Below are positions 11,440-21,364 of a stretch of DNA of 64,000 bases, one piece after another. Origin of the DNA: an uncultured Chromatiales bacterium. Lineage in GTDB: Bacteria; Bacteroidota; Ignavibacteria; SZUA-365. A program made the translations under genes and the position numbers. The first letter of the stretch is position 1, and each line of letters starts with the position of its first letter. Below the pieces are notes generated by a model. The model had not been told where the DNA came from. It did not search any database and saw nothing but the letters and a program-made list of their open reading frames with translations. Where the stretch lies: assembly GCA_964635845.1 (NCBI GenBank), contig CAZWNO010000002.1, positions 44,901 through 108,900 on the forward strand, given 5' to 3'.

Positions 11440-12894
11440 ATGCGGCGCCCTTTGTATATTCTTTCTTCCATCACAGACCGCGGCCCCGTGTCCCTCCTCC
11501 ATTTTTCCCTGATCGACTGGCTTCTCGTCTCCGCGTACCTCGGAGTGCTTCTGTATCTGGGCCTCCGCGGTTCGTCGCTGAACCGCGGCAGTTCCGAACA
11601 GTTCCTTCTGGGCGGACGCATGCTCAGTCTCCCCGGTTTCGTGGCGGCACTGGTGGCGACCTGGTACGGCGGCATACTCGGCGTCGGCGAATTCAGCTAC
11701 CTGTACGGGATCGCCAACTGGTTCGTCTTCGGCTTTCCGTACTACGTTTTCGCGGTGGCATTCGCTCTGTTCTTCGCAAAACGGGTGCGCGACACGGGCA
11801 TGTACTCCATACCGGATCAGCTGTACCACACCTATGGTCGGAAAACCGGACTGCTGGGCTCGGTGCTGGTTTTCTTCAACAGTTCTCCCGCGCCATACCT
11901 TCTCATGCTCGCGGTCCTTCTGCAGGTGGTCACCGGTTGGAGCCTCCTGCCTTGCCTCGTCGTATGGGGCGTGATTTCCATGATCTACGTGTACGTCGGC
12001 GGATTCCGCGCCGTCGTGCGTATCGACCTGCTGCAGTTCCTGCTGATGTTCGGCGGATTCTTCGTCCTGCTGATGTTCCTGATTCCGCAATTCGGAGTGC
12101 AGCCCTTCCTTTCAGAACATCTGCCGCCGCCGCATCTGACGCTGACCGGCGGAAATTCCTGGCAGTATATCCTCGTCTGGTTCTTCATCGCTCTGTGGAC
12201 ACTGGTCTCGCCGCAGTTTCACCAGTTCACGCTCAGCGCGAAATCTCCGCGAACCGCGCGGAACGGCATATTGCTGTCGGTCCTGTTCTGGTTCGTGTTC
12301 GACACGATGACCACGCTCGCCGGACTCTACGCGCGCGCCCTGCTGCCCGATCTCACACAGCCGTCGATGGCCTACCCGCTTCTCGCGGAAGCGGTGCTGC
12401 CGTCCGCCGCGAAAGGCGTGTTCTATATCGGCATGCTCGCGACGGTGATGTCGACCTCCGACGGTCTCATGTTCATCGCCGCGCTCACGGTCGGCCGCGA
12501 TATCATCGCACGCTGGGGAGGCAGTGACGATGACCATGCAATCACGCGCTATACGAAGTACGGTGTGCTCTTCACCACGGTTGTCTCGATGGCGGCTGCG
12601 CTTCTCTTTCCATCGGTAATCGATCTCTGGTACGTCATCGGCACCCTGTTCATTCCCGCGCTGCTGCTTCCGCTCGCGGCCAGCTACTATCCCCGCCTGC
12701 GCGTCTCGAACGCCCATACTTTCGCCGCGATGCTCGGCGGTTTCTCGGTCAGCACATCGTGGTTTCTGATCGGCCGCCTGAACGCGGTGCAGGGAGTCGC
12801 ACATTATCCCTTCGGCATCGAACCGATGTATTCCGGACTTGCGGTCTGCATCCTGATCTACGTCGTCGGCAGGGCGTACCGCGGCAAATATTAA
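11440..12894 (+). CDS. sodium:solute symporter (SSS) family transporter
   Basis: About 13 hydrophobic segments. GGRMLSLPGFVAALVATWYGG resembles the SSS consensus. The ATG at 11440 sits inside a hairpin (11431-11450), so an alternative GTG start near 11488 is possible. Confidence 0.78.
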   Translation: MRRPLYILSSITDRGPVSLLHFSLIDWLLVSAYLGVLLYLGLRGSSLNRGSSEQFLLGGRMLSLPGFVAALVATWYGGILGVGEFSYLYGIANWFVFGFPYYVFAVAFALFFAKRVRDTGMYSIPDQLYHTYGRKTGLLGSVLVFFNSSPAPYLLMLAVLLQVVTGWSLLPCLVVWGVISMIYVYVGGFRAVVRIDLLQFLLMFGGFFVLLMFLIPQFGVQPFLSEHLPPPHLTLTGGNSWQYILVWFFIALWTLVSPQFHQFTLSAKSPRTARNGILLSVLFWFVFDTMTTLAGLYARALLPDLTQPSMAYPLLAEAVLPSAAKGVFYIGMLATVMSTSDGLMFIAALTVGRDIIARWGGSDDDHAITRYTKYGVLFTTVVSMAAALLFPSVIDLWYVIGTLFIPALLLPLAASYYPRLRVSNAHTFAAMLGGFSVSTSWFLIGRLNAVQGVAHYPFGIEPMYSGLAVCILIYVVGRAYRGKY

Positions 12895-12941
12895 GACGCG
12901 CACCCACCGGCGGAGCCGATATGTGCGCGTCTTAATATTTG
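12891..12941. terminator. bidirectional hairpin between convergent symporter and marR (TTAAGACGCGCAC-19nt-GTGCGCGTCTTAA)
   Basis: 13-bp perfect inverted repeat that includes the symporter TAA stop. T-rich flank (tatttg). Confidence 0.5.
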
Positions 12942-12983
12942 CGTACCGAATTATTTGAGTTAGGTGTTTATTGCTGGGCGCAA

Positions 12984-13454
12984 TTACCTGCCGTAGTCCT
13001 CAAGAAATTCGGTCCGGATCTGCATCACGTTCGCAAGTTCATACACTGCGCCGATGATGCGGTCGTGTTCCTTCGGCTGGAGAATTCCCAGCACTTGTTC
13101 GTAGACATGGATGCAATCGCTCGTCACCTTCCGGGCAATTGTTTCTCCCTGCTTGGTCAGGCGGACGTTGATGATGCGGCGGTCATACGGATCGATATGC
13201 CGCGTTACGAAACGCTTTTTCACCAGACCATCAATGATTCGGGTGAGACGGCTGCTTGTCAGGTGCATGCGGCTCGCGATGTCCTTGACGGACATTTCCG
13301 TGTCGCGGCGGAATGCCCGCAGGCATTTGAATTCGGACACGGACAGATCCGCGCGTTCGGCGATCTCTTCCTGTTTGTTCTGGCAGCACGCGACCAATCC
13401 CAGGGTCAGGTCCGCCAGACGTTCGGCTTTTCGGTAGGTTTCTAGATCTTCCAT
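12984..13454 (-). CDS. MarR family transcriptional regulator
   Basis: Winged-helix MarR signature (DLSVSEFKCLRAF..MSVKDIASRMHLTSSRLTRIIDGLVKKRFV). Start set at MEDLE, 13454. Confidence 0.8.
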   Translation of the reverse strand: MEDLETYRKAERLADLTLGLVACCQNKQEEIAERADLSVSEFKCLRAFRRDTEMSVKDIASRMHLTSSRLTRIIDGLVKKRFVTRHIDPYDRRIINVRLTKQGETIARKVTSDCIHVYEQVLGILQPKEHDRIIGAVYELANVMQIRTEFLEDYGR

Positions 13455-13630
13455 ATTGCTGTGCAGAAAGGATAAAATTGCTACTGTCAACTTATGTGTA
13501 TGCTAAATAAATGTCAAGAATATTTTAAGATATTATTATAAGAAAAACGGACAGCCCGGGGTCGCCGTTTGATTCCGACAGCGATTCATCGTATAATTTA
13601 CTCCCTTATCCGCTTCCCCTGATTCAACCC
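13455..13630. promoter_or_regulatory. AT-rich divergent promoter/operator region between marR and fumarate hydratase
   Basis: Local AT content far above the window average. Repeated TGTCAA/ATGTCAA half-sites (tgtcaacttatgtgtatgctaaataaatgtcaag). Confidence 0.35.
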
Positions 13631-15169
13631 GTGAGGCAACGCATGGAACACTTTCGTCAGAGCATGCTCGACCTGATCATTCAGACCTCGACAAATCTTC
13701 CCGCCGATGTCCGGCGCGCGATGAACGCCATTCTCGACAAGGAGGCACCCGGATCGCGCGCATCGATGGCGCTCGCGATGATCGCCCGGAATGTCGACAT
13801 GGCCTGTGAGACCGAAGGCGCCATCTGTCAGGACACCGGCATGCCGACGTTCAAGATAAAGACTCCGGTCGGCGTCAGCCAGATCGAGATGAAGCAGGAC
13901 ATTCTCTGGGCGATCGCGGAGGCGACGCGCCTGGGGAAGCTGCGGCCGAACACCGTCGATTCCGTGAGCGGCAAGAACAGCGGGAACAACCTCGGAACCG
14001 GTGCGCCGATTTTCTACTGGGATCAATGGGAGAATGATTACATCGAGGTCAAACTCGTTTTGAAGGGCGGCGGCTGCGAAAATAAAAATATCCAGTACTC
14101 CCTCCCCATGGTCATCGAACACCTCGGCAAGGCCGGCCGCGATCTCGACGGCGTGCGCAAGTGCATTCTCCACGCGGTGTGGCAGGCGCAGGGCGAAGGA
14201 TGCTCGGTGGGCGCGATCGGCGTGGCTATCGGCTCGGACCGCGCCTCGGGATATGGATACGCGAAGGAACAGCTGTTCCGCGAACTCGACGACACCAATC
14301 CCGATCCGCAGCTTGCCGAACTCGAGAATTATATCATGGAGTACGCGAACGGATTGAACATCGGTCCGATGGGCTTCGGCGGAAATAGCACGCTCATCGG
14401 CTGTAAAATTGGAAGCTACCATCGACTTCCGGCGTGTTTCTTCGTGTCGGTCGCTTATGACTGCTGGGCTTTCCGCCGCCTCGGTGTTCATGTCGATCCC
14501 GCAAGCGGAGAAATCACGAAGTGGATGTACCGCGACATGCATCCCGCGAAGATGGCGAAGAGCGAGGGGATACCGCTGACCGGCAAGGAAGTGGTGCTGC
14601 AGTCACCCATCAGCGAAGAAACGATTCGCTCGCTCAAGGTAGGTGATATCGTGCTGATCAACGGACGCATGTTCACCGGCCGCGATGCACTGCACGGCTA
14701 CCTGATGGATCATGACGCTCCCGTGGACATGAGCGGCGGCGTGCTCTATCACTGCGGTCCCGTGATGCTCAAGGATGAGGGAGGGGAATGGCACGTGATG
14801 GCCGCGGGTCCGACGACGAGCATTCGCGAGGAACCGTACCAGGCGGATGTCATCAGGAAATTCGGACTGCGCGCCATCATCGGAAAGGGCGGCATGGGTC
14901 CGAAGACGCTGCAGGCGTTGGCAGAACATGGCGCCGTGTATCTCAACGCCATCGGCGGAGCCGCGCAATACTATGCCGTGACGGTCAAAAAAGTCTCGGG
15001 TGTCCATTTCCTCGAGGAGTTCGGCGTTCCGGAAGCGCTCTGGCAATTCGAGGTGGAGGGCTTCGCTGCCATTGTCACGATGGACGCGCATGGCAATTCA
15101 CTGCACGCCGATGTCCGCGACGATTCCGCCGGCCGCCTGCGGAATCTCGAATTGAAGGTCCTGCATTAA
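13631..15169 (+). CDS. fumarate hydratase class I (Fe-S dependent, fused alpha/beta)
   Basis: 512 aa. N-terminal catalytic region (CQDTGMPTFKIKTPVG) and C-terminal beta-subunit-like region, as in FumA/TtdAB-type hydrolyases. Confidence 0.88.
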   Translation: MRQRMEHFRQSMLDLIIQTSTNLPADVRRAMNAILDKEAPGSRASMALAMIARNVDMACETEGAICQDTGMPTFKIKTPVGVSQIEMKQDILWAIAEATRLGKLRPNTVDSVSGKNSGNNLGTGAPIFYWDQWENDYIEVKLVLKGGGCENKNIQYSLPMVIEHLGKAGRDLDGVRKCILHAVWQAQGEGCSVGAIGVAIGSDRASGYGYAKEQLFRELDDTNPDPQLAELENYIMEYANGLNIGPMGFGGNSTLIGCKIGSYHRLPACFFVSVAYDCWAFRRLGVHVDPASGEITKWMYRDMHPAKMAKSEGIPLTGKEVVLQSPISEETIRSLKVGDIVLINGRMFTGRDALHGYLMDHDAPVDMSGGVLYHCGPVMLKDEGGEWHVMAAGPTTSIREEPYQADVIRKFGLRAIIGKGGMGPKTLQALAEHGAVYLNAIGGAAQYYAVTVKKVSGVHFLEEFGVPEALWQFEVEGFAAIVTMDAHGNSLHADVRDDSAGRLRNLELKVLH

Positions 15170-15185
15170 CGAATCCGGGGTTGTC

Positions 15186-15764
15186 ATGAGCAGCATCGAA
15201 CATGCGTTTCACGAGGTACAACACTGCCTCTCCCATTTCATCAGTGACGGAGAGCAGTTCCCCCGGGTCCAGCTCTTCGCCGATAAGCTGGCAGCCACGT
15301 TCCGCGCAGGATGCAAGGCGATGTCCTGCGGCAACGGCGGATCGATGAGCGATGCGATGCACTTCGCGGAGGAGTGGAGCGGCCGCTACCGGAAGGAGCG
15401 TCCGCCGCTTCCCGCCATCGCGTTCAGCGATCCCGGGCACATGAGCTGCGTTGCGAATGACTACGGCTTCGCCGAGGTTTTTTCCCGACAGGTGCGAGCA
15501 CTCGGAAAGGAAGGCGACCTGCTCCTGCTTATCAGCACCAGCGGCAATTCACCCAACATGCTGCGGGCGGCGGAGGAAGCACGCACCTGCGGAGTGACGA
15601 CTGTCGGACTCCTGGGAAAGGGAGGCGGCGCATTGCTGCCACTGTGCGACCTTCCCATACTGGTGCCGGGTAACACTTCCGACCGGATACAGGAGATGCA
15701 TATCAAAATCATCCACATCGTGATCGAGACGGTCGAACGCATGCTTTTTCCCGACCTGTACTGA
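15186..15764 (+). CDS. gmhA: SIS-domain D-sedoheptulose-7-phosphate isomerase (GmhA-like)
   Basis: CGNGGSMSDAMHFAEEWSGRY and LISTSGNSPN motifs typical of GmhA. Starts 16 bp after the fumarase stop. Confidence 0.75.
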   Translation: MSSIEHAFHEVQHCLSHFISDGEQFPRVQLFADKLAATFRAGCKAMSCGNGGSMSDAMHFAEEWSGRYRKERPPLPAIAFSDPGHMSCVANDYGFAEVFSRQVRALGKEGDLLLLISTSGNSPNMLRAAEEARTCGVTTVGLLGKGGGALLPLCDLPILVPGNTSDRIQEMHIKIIHIVIETVERMLFPDLY

Positions 15765-16027
15765 CCGCCTGATTCGGAACGATCGAATCTACCGGGATCA
15801 GAAACGGCGGGGCTTCCGCGCACATCGCAGCTGTGATTCACGGGAATCCTTGAACTCGCATCTCCGCGTTCTGCGTGGAAATGCGTTTTTTTCCTGGCTG
15901 TTCAATTTTTTTCTTGCTTTTCGGGAAAGACCGCCATACATTGCAGTCCTCACTCTCACTCACCTCTCTCCACTCTCACTTGTTCTGTGACAGGATTACC
16001 TATGTCGTTCAGAATACGGTGAGAACC

Positions 16028-16867
16028 ATGCATCGCATCAAAATTACCGCACTGGCGCTGTTCATGCTGTCCGGCGTGAGTATCGGGCAAACCTCCGTAC
16101 AGACCGGGGACTTTGCCATGCTGTTTCCGTCGGTCCCGGGTTCCGTATCGGAGCAGCATACGGGTGACGCATTCCCGAGCGGTCGGACGCGCACGGCGAT
16201 ACCGGCAGCAGAGATGCCAGACCTGATGCATTTTACACCGCGGACATTGCCGGCATCATTCGATGCACTCCCTATTCCCATGGGGATGACTGATCAAGGC
16301 TCACCCGAAGCGGATCTTATCTCATTCGAGGGTTCCTATGTCAAGGATCTGGTACGTCTGAATTGGACGGTGCGCCACAACGCCGATGCGCTTGGATTTG
16401 CGGTTGAACGCAGGTCGCAGGCAGATGAGCGCTGGAGCACTGTGAGCTACGAACGCGCGGATACAAAACGCAACAGGAGCGGTTACTGCTACTTTGACCG
16501 TTCAGGAGTGCGCGGTGTGACGTATTACCGGATTCGCCAGGTTGCAGCGAACGGGAAGAGCGTCCCGACTCCGGCAATCTGCGTGATGCCGCATCTCGTG
16601 CCGAATTCCTTTGTCATCTGGCAGCACACCGTCGACCCGTTCACGCGTTTCGGTACGGTCTCGTTCGGACTCGGCAGTTCGATGGCGGTTTCCATGACAA
16701 TGATAGACAGCTTCGGACGCAGTGTCTCCACCCTGCTACATACCACCAAGCTCGAAGCCGGGCATCATTTCCTTCCATTCAGCACTTATGCGCTCCCGGC
16801 AGGCGTGTATTCCTTACGACTGGAAACTTCAGAGGGAGTGCACTTCCAGCGTATCGCAGTGATCTGA
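16028..16867 (+). CDS. secreted protein with an FN3-like central domain and a C-terminal T9SS-type sorting domain (paralog 1)
   Basis: Signal peptide MHRIKITALALFMLSGVSIG. C-terminal roughly 70 aa (..MIDSFGRSVSTLL..AGHHFLPF..LPAGVYSLRLET..) matches the Por-secretion-tail pattern. Central region paralogous to the next gene. Confidence 0.6.
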   Translation: MHRIKITALALFMLSGVSIGQTSVQTGDFAMLFPSVPGSVSEQHTGDAFPSGRTRTAIPAAEMPDLMHFTPRTLPASFDALPIPMGMTDQGSPEADLISFEGSYVKDLVRLNWTVRHNADALGFAVERRSQADERWSTVSYERADTKRNRSGYCYFDRSGVRGVTYYRIRQVAANGKSVPTPAICVMPHLVPNSFVIWQHTVDPFTRFGTVSFGLGSSMAVSMTMIDSFGRSVSTLLHTTKLEAGHHFLPFSTYALPAGVYSLRLETSEGVHFQRIAVI

Positions 16868-17005
16868 CGTTCGTAAACCGAACGCGCCTGTCCGCATCCC
16901 GTATGTTCTCGACAGGAGATGCCCAAAACCACTGTTTACAGGCGTCTTCCTCGCTGGCACGATGATTGCTCTGTGCAGTCAACAACAAGATATTCCAAGG
17001 ACATT

Positions 17006-17653
17006 ATGAAATTCGCAGTATACCTGACGATCGTTCTCGCTGCGCTCACCTGCCCAGCGGCCGCTTCGGAACCGACCAACATCTCCGGCAGCGTGGATAT
17101 CAGGCGTTTCTCTGTCGCACGCATTCAGGACATGATCACACTGAACTGGAATACGCGTGGCGAGCGCAACAATCTGGGCTTCGAAATCGAGCGCAAGAGT
17201 CAGTTCGAAGAGCAATGGACCACGATCGGATTCATGCGAGGACGCGGTACGGCCAACGGAGACCAGGATTATGCTTTCGTGGAAAAACTGAACAGCAGGG
17301 AAGTGCTGTTGTACCGTCTCAAACAGATCGACACCCGCGGCAACGCCATGTATTCGCAGGCGGTGATGGTTACTCCCGATGAGATCCCCGCTTCGATGCG
17401 TGTCAGCCCGGGATTGAAACAGCATATGGTAGAATACAACCGGATCTCCTTCGCCCTTCCGAGGGAAAGTGCGGTGCTGATCACTGTTCACGACGTATTC
17501 GGCCGCATCCTGCGCACCGTCGCCGAAGAGCAATTCACGGCCGGGTATCACGTCATTCCATTCGGGTCGGTGTCGCTACCTCCGGGATTATACAACGTTC
17601 GACTCCAGACCAGGGCTGGAGTCCTTACACAGACACTGATCAAGACTTCATAG
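17006..17653 (+). CDS. secreted protein with an FN3-like domain and a C-terminal T9SS-type sorting domain (paralog 2)
   Basis: Signal peptide MKFAVYLTIVLAALTCPAAAS. Shares the ..LNWN..LGFEIER.S...W...... domain with 16028-16867. C-terminal ..HDVFGRILRTV..AGYHVIPF..LPPGLYNVRLQT.. tail. Confidence 0.6.
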   Translation: MKFAVYLTIVLAALTCPAAASEPTNISGSVDIRRFSVARIQDMITLNWNTRGERNNLGFEIERKSQFEEQWTTIGFMRGRGTANGDQDYAFVEKLNSREVLLYRLKQIDTRGNAMYSQAVMVTPDEIPASMRVSPGLKQHMVEYNRISFALPRESAVLITVHDVFGRILRTVAEEQFTAGYHVIPFGSVSLPPGLYNVRLQTRAGVLTQTLIKTS

Positions 17654-17678
17654 ACTTCGAGAAGATTTGGGAAGAAGA

Positions 17679-17703
17679 CAGCCCCGGGTGCGCACCGGGG
17701 CTG
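17679..17703. terminator. hairpin between convergent genes (CAGCCCCGGGTG-c-CACCGGGGCTG)
   Basis: 11-bp GC-rich stem with one bulge. Located between the + gene ending 17653 and the - gene ending 17729. Confidence 0.45.
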
Positions 17704-17728
17704 TCGGCATTTCGGAGCAATGTCTCCC

Positions 17729-18991
17729 TTACCACTGGCCTGTCCAGTTCTGCCTTTCCTTCCAGAGCAGGAAGAGATGCCTTTCGCTGATGGCCCGTTT
17801 GAGCAGGCTGCCAACGAATCCGACGAAGCGGATCCGCATCCCGATGGGCAGCGCCGCCCAGCCGATGGCGAGGTGCCTGCCGAGCGAGACGACTTCGCCA
17901 AGCACCCTGGGGCGATAGGCTTTCAAGGCGCGGCCGTCCATGATTCGCTCCAGATTGTCAGCGGTGATATATCCCTGCTGCAGTGCGAACTGTGCGGCGG
18001 TGGGAACCGCCTTGTCCGACTGCGGATTGATGGCCAGGGCATTGTCGCCGATCGCGAACACCTCGGGATAGTGTCTCACCTGCAGGAATTCGTTGACGAT
18101 GACGCGGCCCTGCGGCCCTGTTTCCGCCCCGCTGCGGCGGATTAAATCGGATATTCGGATTCCGCCTGTCCAAATCATCGTCCTGGTAGGAATCGCATCG
18201 CCCGGGATTCGCAGCATCTCGAGCCTGCCATCCTGTTCCCGCATACAGGTCACACGCGTGTTGGTCAGGATCTGGATCCCCATCGCCTGCAGGGCCTCGA
18301 TCGAGCGCGCAACCTGCCTCCCGTCGAGCGAGGGAAGGATGCTCGAGGACAGTTCCACGAGCACCATCTCGGGCTCGGAGGGATCGATATGATACTGTTC
18401 GCTGAGTGAGTCGAAGCGTTCGGCCATCTCCGTCGCAAGTTCCACGCCGGTCAGGCCTCCTCCGCCGATCACGAAGCGCAGATATTCCCTGCGCTTGTTG
18501 CGGTTGGTCTCGGAGGCCGCGATCGCGAACATGCGCTCGGTGTGCACGCGGATGCGTTCCGAATCATCCAGTTCCTTGAGCTGGAAGGCATGTTCTTCGA
18601 GACCGGGAATCTGGTAGAAGTTTGTCTTGCTGCCCAGGGCGATGACAAGATAGTCGTAGCGGATGCGGCGGGGCTGCGGGGCCGAGGTCTCGGACATGCC
18701 GAAATCGAGCTCCACGTACTGCGCGTCCAGTGCGATATGCGTCACCTCGCCGAGGTGAAATGTCACGTTCTCCCGTTTCGCGAGAAAGCGCGCGAGGGGA
18801 ATGGTGACCTCGGATTCGCGCACTGCGCGTTCATGCAGCCGCGTTTCGAGCAGATGATACGTATGCCTGTCCACGAGATGGATGCGGACATTCGGGAACC
18901 GGCGGAACCGGCGCGACAGCCGCGTCACGCAGCTCATCCCGCCATAGCCGGCTCCCAATATCACGATATCTATGTCTTCCGTTCTGTTCAT
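17729..18991 (-). CDS. type II NADH dehydrogenase (NDH-2) / FAD-dependent pyridine nucleotide-disulfide oxidoreductase
   Basis: N-terminal IVILGAGYGGMS dinucleotide fold. Second GxGxxG (VIGGGGLTGVE) in the middle. Confidence 0.8.
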   Translation of the reverse strand: MNRTEDIDIVILGAGYGGMSCVTRLSRRFRRFPNVRIHLVDRHTYHLLETRLHERAVRESEVTIPLARFLAKRENVTFHLGEVTHIALDAQYVELDFGMSETSAPQPRRIRYDYLVIALGSKTNFYQIPGLEEHAFQLKELDDSERIRVHTERMFAIAASETNRNKRREYLRFVIGGGGLTGVELATEMAERFDSLSEQYHIDPSEPEMVLVELSSSILPSLDGRQVARSIEALQAMGIQILTNTRVTCMREQDGRLEMLRIPGDAIPTRTMIWTGGIRISDLIRRSGAETGPQGRVIVNEFLQVRHYPEVFAIGDNALAINPQSDKAVPTAAQFALQQGYITADNLERIMDGRALKAYRPRVLGEVVSLGRHLAIGWAALPIGMRIRFVGFVGSLLKRAISERHLFLLWKERQNWTGQW

Positions 18992-19025
18992 TTCTCAATC
19001 CCGTATTTCATCGCCTTCTATAACA

Positions 19026-19059
19026 ACAAAGGCCGCCGGATCGTGTCCGCGGCCTTTGT
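19026..19059 (-). terminator. hairpin downstream of the gluzincin gene (ACAAAGGCCGC-12nt-GCGGCCTTTGT)
   Basis: 11-bp perfect stem. On the minus strand it is followed by a T-rich ttgttgttataga. Confidence 0.4.
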
Positions 19060-19079
19060 CTGGTCTGAATTCGGGATGG

Positions 19080-21143
19080 TCAGCGCACTTCCGCCAGCGC
19101 CTTGCGTGCGGCTTCGAGCATGGGCCCGGTCGAGATCGGCGCGCCCACTGCCTGGCGCATCCACAGGTCCGGAGCGACGCTGCCTATCAGGCACATGCGC
19201 TCCATCTCCTTGCCGAGATTTTTTTTCTCCAGGAACCGCTCCACCTGGAAGGCGATGATATGGCCGAGCGGATAATCGGGCGTGTACATCCCTGCGTCGA
19301 TCATATGCGAGTAGATGCAGAGGAGCGGTTCATCCTTCATTCCCAGGACAGGTGCGAAGTAGCTGTTCCACACCTCCTTCGCGATGCCGGTCACGGCTTC
19401 GCGGAACTCCGGCGCTGTTGCTTCGGGATGTGCGTACAGCCAGCGCCACGCACGCATGTCCACCAGCGCGACCCCTGCGATCTCGTACGTCGACCACAGC
19501 ACGTCGAGCGTGTTCATCGCCCGGGCCTGCGATTCGTCGGCACGAAGACCGAGCAGTTCGAGATCACGTGACTGGAAGACGAAGGCGAAGCCCTCGGTGA
19601 ATGCGGTATTCGGCACGCCGCGCAGCATCGTGTAATCCATCAGCTGAAAGCTCATCACCTGCTCGACGTTGTGGCCGAGTTCATGGATCGCGATGTTGTA
19701 GCCCTTGTAGTTCATCCCGCCTTCCGGCACGCGCGTGCGGAGATGCGCATTGTCCACGAGACGGCCGGGACCCATGGCATGTCCGGCGCCGCGCGACGGA
19801 TCGACGGTGATTTTTCCTGCGATGAATGCCGCTCGTTCGCTGGAGAATCCCAGCTTCCTCAGGATCGCGGGGATGTCGTTTTCGAAGGCCTCGACGGTGG
19901 GGTATTTCCGCTGCACGATGCGGTCGAGCGCATCCTCGGTGATCGCGGGCTTGCTCTTGAATCCGGGATACCAGATGTCGAAGGGCTCGAGATCGCGACC
20001 GAGACGCTTGCGGACGAGCCCAGCCGTCTGCTTGATTTCCGGGGCGGTCAGAACGGAGAGAAGAAGTTCCTCCACCCGTTCTTCCGGAATCTCGCGGTCC
20101 TCGTTGAAGCGGCGCGCGATATGCGTCGGATTGTCGGGCGTGTAAGGATCCACACCGCGCTCGGCCTTGAAAATGTCGAGCCAGTGCTGATAGCGTTCGT
20201 CATCCTCGCGTGGCGGATCGGCGTCCCCGGTCTTCTGCCCCGTGGGGGCGATGCGATTCGCCTCGACGTACCAGTCCACGGCGGGATTGTTGATGGCTTC
20301 GCGCGGTATTTCCTGTGAGATGATGCGATCCATGATTTTGTGGATCATCTGCTGCCGCGGAAGCCCGTCCGGTTTCGCGTATTGCGCCTTGAGTTCATCG
20401 CGCAGTCCCCAGTGCGTGATCAGGGAGAGACCTTCCGGGAAGAGACGATCTCCGTTCTTCGTCAGCACGTTGTGCATGATGATGTTGTAGCCGCTGATGT
20501 AATTATCGGCATTGGTGTAGGCGACGTTCAGCGCCTGATTGACCTCCGACGGAATGCGCGTGTCGAAGCTCGCGGCGAGGCGGGTTTCCGCCCATTGCCG
20601 GCGCGTCCATTTCTCCCCTTCGTCCAGCCGTTGCTTCAGCGTGGACAGCGGGAAATTCAACAATGCGGTGAACGCGATTTTCGTCCTGAACAGATCCTCG
20701 TTCACATGAGCAGCGGGAGTGAATTCACCGAAGAGATAATCCACGGGGAGAACCGGCCCCTGCTCGAGTTGCAGCGGGACATTCAGGTCGCGGCCCATCT
20801 CGGTCAGGTATCCCCAGAGCAGCGTCAGGTTGTGCTGCAGGCGTTCGAAGCTCGCGTCGAGCAGATCGGGATCGGCGATGAACTGCGCCGCGCAGAACGA
20901 TTGGAACTCCTCCGGTGTGCCGTCCTCGCTCCGCCACAAACGCGCCACCTGCCGCACACCGCGTTCGATGCGCGGGCGCTGCGACTCGCCATGCCGTGCG
21001 ACGAGCGTGTCCACCGCGGCGGAGACGGCTTCCTTTGTCATGTTCATCTCAGTCATGGTCGTTTCTTTTTCCGTGGGCGTGCCGCAAGCAGCAAGCAGCA
21101 GCAGCGCCAGCATGGAGACTGCGCGTGTAAAGTTCGGTGTCAT
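19080..21143 (-). CDS. zinc metallopeptidase lipoprotein, clan MA gluzincin (M2/M3-like). Start set at MTPNFTRAVSMLALLLLAACG
   Basis: Lipobox LLLAAC. HELGH, with a third ligand Glu about 24 residues downstream (TAFTEGFAF). Confidence 0.65.
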   Translation of the reverse strand: MTPNFTRAVSMLALLLLAACGTPTEKETTMTEMNMTKEAVSAAVDTLVARHGESQRPRIERGVRQVARLWRSEDGTPEEFQSFCAAQFIADPDLLDASFERLQHNLTLLWGYLTEMGRDLNVPLQLEQGPVLPVDYLFGEFTPAAHVNEDLFRTKIAFTALLNFPLSTLKQRLDEGEKWTRRQWAETRLAASFDTRIPSEVNQALNVAYTNADNYISGYNIIMHNVLTKNGDRLFPEGLSLITHWGLRDELKAQYAKPDGLPRQQMIHKIMDRIISQEIPREAINNPAVDWYVEANRIAPTGQKTGDADPPREDDERYQHWLDIFKAERGVDPYTPDNPTHIARRFNEDREIPEERVEELLLSVLTAPEIKQTAGLVRKRLGRDLEPFDIWYPGFKSKPAITEDALDRIVQRKYPTVEAFENDIPAILRKLGFSSERAAFIAGKITVDPSRGAGHAMGPGRLVDNAHLRTRVPEGGMNYKGYNIAIHELGHNVEQVMSFQLMDYTMLRGVPNTAFTEGFAFVFQSRDLELLGLRADESQARAMNTLDVLWSTYEIAGVALVDMRAWRWLYAHPEATAPEFREAVTGIAKEVWNSYFAPVLGMKDEPLLCIYSHMIDAGMYTPDYPLGHIIAFQVERFLEKKNLGKEMERMCLIGSVAPDLWMRQAVGAPISTGPMLEAARKALAEVR

Positions 21144-21364
21144 ATGTTGCCTTGTGCGAAATGAAGGTGGTTTGCCGGCGTGAATGTGACGCAAATTGTT
21201 CCATCCGCGTCGTTTAATTTACCCTCTATCCGTCTGATATTCCATCACCGCCTCGATTTTGCCTGCACCCGTTCAGCGCGGCTGCTGCATATTCCCGTGA
21301 CCGGGAGTTGGAATTCCACTCCTTTTCATCCGATATTGCCATCTCTGTACCACCCGCACCCGGA

